The position numbers and the translations under genes are program-made. Shown here piece after piece: positions 7,747-16,000 of a DNA stretch of 30,687 bases (positions are counted from its first letter, which is position 1; each line of letters starts with the position of its first letter). The notes beneath the pieces are model-generated. The model did not search any database, was not told the origin of the DNA, and was given only the letters and a program-made list of their open reading frames with translations. Source of the stretch: Saprospiraceae bacterium (GTDB lineage: Bacteria; Bacteroidota; Bacteroidia; Chitinophagales; Saprospiraceae); assembly GCA_043718855.1 (NCBI GenBank), contig JAYSUY010000859.1:1-30687 (forward strand), read 5' to 3'.

Positions 7747-9033
7747 ATGCTCACTGAATACAAAATGCCCGCACTCAGCAAGCCGGAAGACGACACTCAG
7801 ATAGAATACACCATTGGAAAGATCCTCAAGAAACCAGGCGACCTAGTGGCCGAAGGCGAAGAGGTGCTGGAAGTAGAAACCGTCAAAGCCAATAAAGCGA
7901 TCGAGTCTGAACACACGGGCATCATCGAAACCATTGTCGTCCGAGAAGGTCAGGAAGGCATCGTTGCCGGCGATTTGCTGTTCACCGTCCGCGTCGCTGT
8001 GGAACCGGAGGTTGCTGCGCCAACCACAATCGTGCAGCCCCCGGAACAGCTCGTTCAAGCGGAACTGCCGCCCGAACCGCTCGAAACTGCCGCCGTGCTG
8101 CCGCCCGTTTCAAAACCCAATTTGCCCAAACCCAAATCGCCGCTGCCTATCACACCGCTGGCACAGGAGATTGCAAACATCTGCTCAATAGAAATTTCAG
8201 ACATCGAAATCCCGCCGGGCAGCCTGCGCATCGGCTCAAAGATGGTGCTGGATGTCATCAAAAAACGGCTCTCAGCTGTGCCAGTTTCGAGCCTTCCGGC
8301 ACTTCGTCTGCCCGATTTTTTCGCCTTTGGCTCCATTCGTCGCGAAAAAATGAGCGGCATCGCCAAAGCCACCGCCAAAAATATGCAGGCTGCTTGGTCG
8401 AACGTCCCACACGCTTGGCTTATGGAAAAAGCCGACCTAACCGCACTCGAAACTTTCCGAGGAACGCACAAAGAAGCCGTCAAGCAGGCAGGGGGCAGTC
8501 TCACGGTCACAGTCATTGTGGCGAAAGCGGTGGCCGGTTTGCTTCGGAAATTTCCCCGCGTGAACGCGAGCGTGGACATGACCGCACAGGAAATCGTTTT
8601 CAAGGATTTCATCCACATCGGCATAGCGGTGGACACCGAGCACGGGCTGTTCGTACCTGTCATCCGCGACTGCGACCGAAAAAACATGGCCGAAATCGGG
8701 GCCGAACTGCTGCAGTTGTCATCTTTGGCAAAGGATAAAAAGTTGCCCCCGGAAAACATGGAAGGCGGTACATTCACCATCACCAACGTAGGCGGTATCG
8801 GCGGCACAAGCATTTTGCCTATCGTCAACGCCCCGCAAGCAGCCATTTTGGGCATGACCGCCGCCCAGACCGAGATGGTCTGGAACCCCGAAAAGCAGGC
8901 CGCCGAACCGCGGCCGTTGATGCAAATGACACTTGGCTTCGACCACCGATTGGTCAATGGCGGCGAAGCCGCCCGCTTTTTACGGCAGTTGAAAGCCATC
9001 TTGGAGACACCAGAATTGATGCTGGTGGTGTGA
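7747..9033 (+). CDS. aceF: Dihydrolipoamide acyltransferase E2 (one lipoyl domain, degenerate subunit-binding domain, catalytic domain), AceF-like; ATG 7726 alternative
   Basis: Lipoyl domain with ETVKA, Pro/Ala-rich linker, catalytic GGTFTITNVGGIGG...PIVNAPQAAILG and DHRLVNG. Confidence 0.85.
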   Translation: MLTEYKMPALSKPEDDTQIEYTIGKILKKPGDLVAEGEEVLEVETVKANKAIESEHTGIIETIVVREGQEGIVAGDLLFTVRVAVEPEVAAPTTIVQPPEQLVQAELPPEPLETAAVLPPVSKPNLPKPKSPLPITPLAQEIANICSIEISDIEIPPGSLRIGSKMVLDVIKKRLSAVPVSSLPALRLPDFFAFGSIRREKMSGIAKATAKNMQAAWSNVPHAWLMEKADLTALETFRGTHKEAVKQAGGSLTVTVIVAKAVAGLLRKFPRVNASVDMTAQEIVFKDFIHIGIAVDTEHGLFVPVIRDCDRKNMAEIGAELLQLSSLAKDKKLPPENMEGGTFTITNVGGIGGTSILPIVNAPQAAILGMTAAQTEMVWNPEKQAAEPRPLMQMTLGFDHRLVNGGEAARFLRQLKAILETPELMLVV

Positions 9034-9066
9034 AAACAGCAACCCTTATCAAACGGCCCCGTAAAG

Positions 9067-9184
9067 ACAGGAGTCGCCCCATCTCTGAGGCGGCTCCTGT
9101 TCGTTTGAGGCGACCCAGCAAGCAGCGCGAGTTCCACGATTCGCAGGGCAGATTTTTTACAGAAACTGCTGTGCAGTTCGGGGG
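9067..9184 (-). pseudogene. Second, degenerate copy of the tRNA locus: terminator, 3'-end remnant and upstream region joined, with ~88 nt including the tRNA body missing
   Basis: Offset to copy 1 is 8995 for part A and 8907 for part B. GAGGCGACCCAGCA (9107-9120) resembles GCGGTGGGCCCAGCA (112-126), the tRNA 3' end. The -7 box is lost. Confidence 0.65.
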
Positions 9185-9218
9185 GATGCCGCATCTTTCG
9201 TCAAAATTGACTGCGCCC

Positions 9219-9956
9219 ATGACCCTCTCCATCCCCACGCCCTGCACCCAACGCTGGGCCGATATGACTCCCGTCCGCACCGACTGCCGCTACTGCGCCG
9301 CTTGTGAGCGGCAAATCGTGGATTTCAGCACCAAAACCGACGCTGAAATACTCGCCCACCTGCGCAGCAGCGGCGGCAAAGTCTGCGGTCGCTTCCGGCC
9401 CGAGCAGTTGGAGCGGCCCCTCGTGGCGGCCCGCAGCAACTTGCGGCGCGGCGGACTGACGGCGGCAGCGGCAAGTGTGGCGGCGGTTTTGGCGGCGCAA
9501 CAGCCTGCTGCTTCGCCGGTGCCGCCGCAGCGTGTGGAGCAGCAGCAGCCAGGGGCGGGAGAGCGGGTTTTTGCAGAAAAAAAGGTGGAGAAGGATTCGG
9601 TTCGGACGGTTTCGGGGAAAGTGGTGGATGACACAACGGGCGAGCCGCTCATTGGGGCAACTGTATCTGTCAAGGGGACAACGCTGGGGGCCGTCGCTCA
9701 GTGGGACGGCATTTTCCATCTGCAACTGCCGCTCAATTTTATCCTAAAAGGTGAGATTGCTCTCAACGTTTCCTACTTTGGATACAAATCTCATACAGTT
9801 GCACTACCAGTGCAAGTACGCCGAGAAAACTTGTCAATATTGCCGATTAAGATGGAAGAAGAACGCGGCACAACTTTGGGCGGCATCGAAGTCTACAATT
9901 ATCTCGAATCTCCCCTCAAAACCCGCCTCCGCCATTTTTTCCAAAAAATATTCTGA
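9219..9956 (+). CDS. Bacteroidota CarboxypepD_reg-like domain protein with N-terminal Cys-rich motif (245 aa)
   Basis: MTLSIPTPC..RWADMTP....RYCAACERQIVDF Cys motif, then VSGKVVDDTTGEPLIGATVSVKGT...VSYFGYK (CarboxypepD_reg pattern). The ORF-track start at 9030 extends into repeat DNA. Confidence 0.75.
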   Translation: MTLSIPTPCTQRWADMTPVRTDCRYCAACERQIVDFSTKTDAEILAHLRSSGGKVCGRFRPEQLERPLVAARSNLRRGGLTAAAASVAAVLAAQQPAASPVPPQRVEQQQPGAGERVFAEKKVEKDSVRTVSGKVVDDTTGEPLIGATVSVKGTTLGAVAQWDGIFHLQLPLNFILKGEIALNVSYFGYKSHTVALPVQVRRENLSILPIKMEEERGTTLGGIEVYNYLESPLKTRLRHFFQKIF

Positions 9957-10042
9957 CCCACTACGCCACTGCCCCTGACCGCAGCATCCGCTCTGCGTCG
10001 GAAGCACTTTCCCACACACACTTCACCAAAACATTTTAACCA

Positions 10043-13000
10043 ATGCCCTCACACCTTTTTAACCGTAGGCCCTTGGCCGTTGGCTTTTTGCCGTTGGCCC
10101 TTGGCCTTTTGCTTTTCGCTTGCAAAACCGGCACCCGCACCGACCAGCCCAACACCGCCGTCAAAGACAAAACTCGCACCGACATGACCCTCACACCGCT
10201 CCCCACCCCACCGCCCGGCAGCGACTACGCCGATGAATGGCGCATCGTGGACAGCCTCCAAAATCAGGGCCTCCTCAAAAGCGCCCTCGAAAAAGTAGAG
10301 ACCATCGAGGCCCGCGCCCGCATAGACAGCAAGCCCGCCCAGGTGCTGAAAGCCTTGATTTTCAGGGGGAAATTCATCACTGGGCTCGAAGAGGACGGCA
10401 TCGTGAAGGCCATCGAACTGTTTGAAAAAAACACCGCCGAGGCCAAACAGCCCGAACGCGCCGTGCTGCAAAGCCTCACCGCCGAACTCTACACCACCTA
10501 CCTGCGCAACCAGGGCTGGCGCATTCGGAACCGCACGGAAGCCCCCCCCAGCCCCCCCGATGGGGGGGAGACCGGGACACCCAATCCCACCGGAGAACCC
10601 AAGAGCGGAGCCTCCTCCCCCCCAACGGGGGGGCCGGGGGGGGCTTGGCTCCTCACCGCCTCCGCCGCCCAAATCGAGCGCCGCGCCCTCGACCTATACG
10701 CCGCTTCGGTGGAGCCGCTCGCGCCCGTGCTCTCGGCCCCGGCGGAGGGCTTCCGCGACATCCTCACGCCCGGCCTCAACGACTCCATCAGCGGCAAACC
10801 GCTCCGCCCCGGACTCTACGACCTGCTCGCCGACCGCGCCATCCAGCACTTCCGCAACGAGCGCAACTACCTCACCCAGCCCGCCTACGCTTTCCTGCTT
10901 GACCAGCCCGAAGCCTTCGCGCCGGTGGCCGATTTCCTGAAAATAAAATTTGAGTCGCAAGACCTCACGAGCGGCAAGTGGCTGGCTGTCAAGGCTTTTC
11001 AGAAAGTGTTGAGCCAGTACGCGGCCACAGGCGCAGGGCAGGGCAACGCCTCTGCCTCCATTGCCGCCGACCTCGCCCGCCTCCAATTCGCCCAGAATAC
11101 TTCCTCGCTCGACAACAAAAACGCGCTCTACGCCCGCGCCCTTGAAGCCTTGCACCAGCAGCACCGCGACCACCCGATGGACGGCGAAATCGTCTGGAAC
11201 ATGGCCCACCACTTGGTGTATGGCACGGAGGCGACCGACAAGGAAAAAGGCGCGAACGCCCGCTCCGCCGTCGCGCTGCTCGAAGATGTCCTCCTTCGCC
11301 ACCCCGGCACCTACGGGGCCCAGCAGTGTCAGGTGCTGCTCCGCGAAATACAGGCCGCGAGCATGCAGACCGAAATCGAGAAGGTGGGCCTGCCGGGCCG
11401 CAGTCTGCTCGTGTCGCTCGGTTTTGCCAACCTCAAAGCCGCCTACGTCCGCGTGGTACGCATATCGAGTGACCCGGCAGATTGGGAAAAAATCCGCCGC
11501 AGCGACCCCGAATTCAACGAACAGAAATGGCTGAAAAGCCAGAAGCCGGTGCAAACCCGCACTTGGCGCATCACCGACCCCGGCGACTACCAGCAGCACC
11601 GCACCGAGATTGCGCTGGAGCCACTCCCTGTCGGCAGCTACTGGCTGCTGGTTTCGGGAAATGCCGACTTCGACGCGCCCGATACGCACCCGGAAGCCTT
11701 CACCGCCTTCACCGTGTCGAACCTTGCTTCGGTGAGTTACAGCCAGCAGGGCAAAACTTCTTTCGTGGCCATGGACCGCACCACGGGTGCACCGCTGGCG
11801 GGCGTGAAGTTTGATTTTTACCACCAAGACTACCGCAGCGGGCGGGAGGAGCGCCGCTTTGTCGGCTCTGCCACGAGCGGTACCGACGGTTTTGCGGCAG
11901 CCAACATTCCCGAAAACATGGTGTACGATGCCCGCGCCTCGCTCGGCAACGACACACTCTGGGCAGGCCAAGCCAGCAACTACGACCACCGCGACAATTA
12001 CCAGCCGCAGCCGCAAGCGCAGTTTTTCACCGACCGCAGCATCTACCGCCCCGGCCAGACGGTGTACTTCAAGGCGGTGGCCTACCAGTTGGTGAAAACC
12101 GACGGCAAACAACTGCCCCAAATCCTTGCCAACCAGAAAGTTACGGCCCGATTCTACGACACGAACGGCCAGCCGAAAGCGACGCTCGAACTGCGCAGCA
12201 ACGAGTTTGGCACCTTCAACGGGGCCTTCGCCGCGCCCGCTTCGGGCCTCACGGGCGGCATGAGCATCCGCTGCGACGAGTTGCAGGGGCAAGCCGATTT
12301 CAGCGTGGAGGAGTACAAGCGGCCCAAATTCGAGGTGACGACCAAGCCCATCGAGGGCGCGTTTCGGGTCAACGACAAAATCACCCTGCGCGGCGAAGCC
12401 AAGAACTACGCGGGCAGCGCAGTGGGCGACGCGCAGGTGCGATACCGCGTGACGCGCCAAGCCCGCTACCCGATGTGGGACTGGGGCTGGATGCGGCGGC
12501 CCAACTACTCCGTATCGGAGCAGGAAATCACGAGCGGCATTGCCACCACCGACGCGAATGGCGCGTTTTCTGTGGAATTTCAGGCACTGCCCGACCCGGC
12601 GGTGGCGAAAAAAGACCAGCCCATTTTTGACTATCAAGTGTCGGTGGACGTGACGGACATCACGGGCGAAACCCGCAGCGCCACCGCCACCGTGAGCGCG
12701 GGCTACGCCGCTTTGCAGATGGCTTGGGTGCTGCCCAACGATGCCGACTTGGACTCGCTGAGCAAGACGCTCATCGTGGCGACCAACATGGCCGGGCAGC
12801 CACAGTCGGTTGTGGGGGAAATCACGCTGCAACGCCTCGTGGCACCCAAGTCGCTGTACATCAGCCGCTACTGGGAAAAACCGGACTTGGCGACCATCCC
12901 GAAATCGGACTTCACGCGCCTGTTCCCGGACTACGCATTCATGGACGAGGACGACCCGATGAAGTGGGGCCGCGAAGATTTCACCCGCTCCGTGCCGTTC

Positions 13001-16000
13001 AACACCGCCACCTCGAAGACCGCCGACCTGAACGGCGGGCGCATCCAGCCGGGCTATTATTTGGTGAAACTCACCACGAAGGACAGTTACGGCGAAGCCG
13101 TGACGCTGGAAAAAGTGGTGCGCGTTTTTGACTCCAAAAAGCCCGCTACGCGCTTCACCACGCCCGACAATTTTGTAGAAAAAAACACGCTCGAACCCGG
13201 CCAGACGGCCCGCATCTGGATGGGCAGCCAAGCCCCCCTGATGCACGTCCTGCTGGCCCGCCACCAATCCGTAGGGGCTGAAAAACCCCGCTGGCTGCCC
13301 GTGCGCGGTGCCGAAAAAGTCGAAATCCCGGTGACGGAAGCCGACCGGGGCGGCATCGTGCTGCACGGCGTGACGGTGCTGAACAACCGCATCTACGGCC
13401 CCGGCCAAATCCGGGTGGAGGTACCCTGGAGCAACAAAGACCTGAGCATCAGTTACGAAACCTTCCGCGACAAACTCGCGCCGGGTCAGCGGGAGGAGTG
13501 GCGCATCAAAATTTCCGGCCCGAAAAAAGACCGCGTGGCTGCCGAGATGGTGGCCGCCATGTACGATGCCTCGCTCGACCAGTTCCAACCGCACGAGTGG
13601 CGGCGCATCGGTTTCCCGCTCAACGCACCGTCTGACCGTTTCGGCACCAACTGGGACTTCCAGGCCGAGCAGGGCTACGGGCAGGTGTTCCAAGAGCAGG
13701 ATATGCTCATGCCCAGCCGCAACTACCGGCAAATCAACTGGTTCGACTTCCCGTTCTGGGGCGGCGGTGTTGTGTACGCGATGAAGACGATGGCCCGCTC
13801 GAATGCACCAGAACAGGCTGGGGAGGAGATGCTGCAGATGTCTGACATGGCTGTAGTGGATGCCCTAGCGTCCGCAGCGGGCGGCATGGCTCCGCCAAAA
13901 GCCAAGTACGAAGACATAGCGAGTACGTTCGACCCAGAAGCTGGCGAAGTGCATATCGTGAAGAACAAACTGGTACCTCCCCCGCCCGCGCCCATCCGCC
14001 GCAACCTGAACGAGACGGTGTTTTTCTTCCCCGAACTGCGCACCGACGCGGAGGGCAACGTGGTGCTGAAATTCACCATGAACGAGGCCCTCACCCGCTG
14101 GAAACTGCTCACCTACGCCCACACGAAGGATTTGCAGCAGGCCCTCTCGGTGAAGGAGGTGGTGACGCAGAAGGAACTGATGGTGATTGCCAACGCGCCG
14201 CGCTTCCTGCGGGCGGGCGACGAGTTCGAGTTTGCGGCCAAAGTCAGCAACCTTTCGCAGGAGGCCATCAACGGCGGCACGGCCACGCTCAGTTTGCTGG
14301 ATGCCAACACGTTGCAGCCCGTGGAGAAGGACTTTGGCCTGACGGCGATTACCCGCGTCAACAATTTCAACATCCCAGCGGGACAGTCTGCGCCGCTGGC
14401 TTGGCGAGTGCGCATCCCTGCCGACTTCGCGGGCGCGGTGACGTGGCAGATTTCTGCCGACGGCAAAAAATTCCGCGACGGCGAGGAAAGCACCCTGCCT
14501 GTGGTAACCAACCGGATGCTCGTGACCGAGACCCTGCCCATCAGTGTGCGCGGCGGCCAGACCAAAACCTTCGTTTTTGACAACCTAAAAAACGCGCCGA
14601 CGGGGAATAACTCATCCCTCATCACGCATAACTACACCCTCGAATTTTCGAGCAACCCCGCTTGGTACGCCGTGCAGTCGCTGCCCTACCTCATGGAGTT
14701 TCCGCACGAGTGCGCCGAGCAGATGTTCAGCCGCTTCTACGCCAACACGTTGGCAGCCAGTGTAGTAGAAAAAATGCCGAACATTAAACGGATTTATGAG
14801 CGGTGGAAAACAGCCAACGGAGGCGCGGCTTTGAAGAGCAACCTGAGCAAAAATCAAGAACTCAAATCCGCCCTGCTGGAAGAAACACCCTGGGTGATGG
14901 ACGCGCAAAACGAGGAGCAGCAAAAGCAAAACATCGCGCTGCTGTTCGACCTCAACCGCATGAGCGACGAGCGCGAGCGGGTGCTGGGGGTGCTGACGGA
15001 AAGGCAAAATGGTGATGGCAGTTGGTCGTGGTTCCCCGGCGGGCCGGGCAATTGGCACATCACGCAGCACATCGTGAGCGGCTTTGGGCATTTGGCAAAA
15101 TTGGGCGCACTGGATGCCCAAAAAGACCAGCGCACTGCTGAGATGCTGGAAAAAGCGCTCGACTACTGCGAAACGAAGATGAATGAGCAGTACCGCGAAC
15201 TCGAAAAGCAGGTGCAAGCGGGTAAGGCAAAATTCGAGGACGACCACTTGGACGGCATGGTGATTCAGTACCTGTACGCTCGGTCGTTTTTCATCGCTCC
15301 GGTGGACAAGCCTTCGCGCCCGCTGGCCTACTACCTCGACCAGTCTGAAAAATACTGGCTCAGCAAGGGGCTGTACCAAGAAGGGATGCTCTCACTCGCG
15401 CTGCACCGCGCAGGCCGGGCAGAGGCTGCCCAGCGCATCGTCGCCAGCCTCCGCGAGCGGGCCACGATGAAGGAGGAACTGGGGATGTACTGGCCTACCG
15501 ACTGGGGCTTCTACTGGTATCAACTTCCGGTAGAGACGCAGGCCCTGATGGTGGAGGTGTTCGGCGAGGTAGCCAACGACCAGAAATCGGTGGAGGAACT
15601 GCGCATCTGGCTGCTGAAAAACAAGCAAACCAACCGCTGGGAAAGCACGAAGGCGACGGCGGAGGCGGTGTACGCGCTGCTGCTCGGTTCGGATTTCAAA
15701 TCCTCACCAGCAGATTCCAAATCCTCACCAGCCAACTGGCTGAACAACACCAAGCCCGTACAAATCAGCATGGGCGGCAAGGCGTTGAAAATCAGCGAGT
15801 ACGAGCCGGGTACGGGTTATTTCAAACAAAACTGGCCGGGCAAGGAAGTGAAGCCTTCGTGGGCCGAAATCAAGGTGGAAAACCCGAACTCGAACATCGC
15901 TTGGGGCGCGGCCTACTGGCAGTATTTTGAGGATTTGGATAAAATTAAGGATTTCAAAAAGACGCCGCTGACCATCGTGAAGCAGCTGTTTTTGGAGGAA

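Larger units (their letters stand above)
72..9184. mobile_element. Candidate tRNA-associated genomic island or islet bounded by degenerate direct repeats; no integrase seen
   Basis: Repeats at 72-276 and 9067-9184, AT-rich interior genes, and an AceE-type E1 that is atypical for Bacteroidota. Mobility is inferred only. Confidence 0.5.

Noticed and set aside
8941-8961. DHRLVNG instead of H-x-x-x-D-G as evidence that E2 is catalytically dead
   Set aside because: Azotobacter vinelandii E2p is active with Asn at this position (DHRVING), so this is a known variant.
289-9033. Prophage, ICE or transposon identity for the repeat-bounded block
   Set aside because: No integrase, transposase, relaxase or phage structural motifs in any ORF.
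9030-9218. 63-aa N-terminal extension of the CarboxypepD_reg protein, apparently coupled to the E2 stop (GTGA)
   Set aside because: The extension is a translation of the repeat and tRNA remnant. The family-like sequence begins at MTLSIPTPC (9219).
10694-13732. 1012-aa antisense ORF within A2M, plus other long shadow ORFs (e.g. 8055-9194, 22049-23113, 27307-28494, 28735-29679)
   Set aside because: They lie antisense to clearly recognisable genes, have no recognisable motifs, and are expected from G/C-ending codon bias depleting stops in the mirrored frame.
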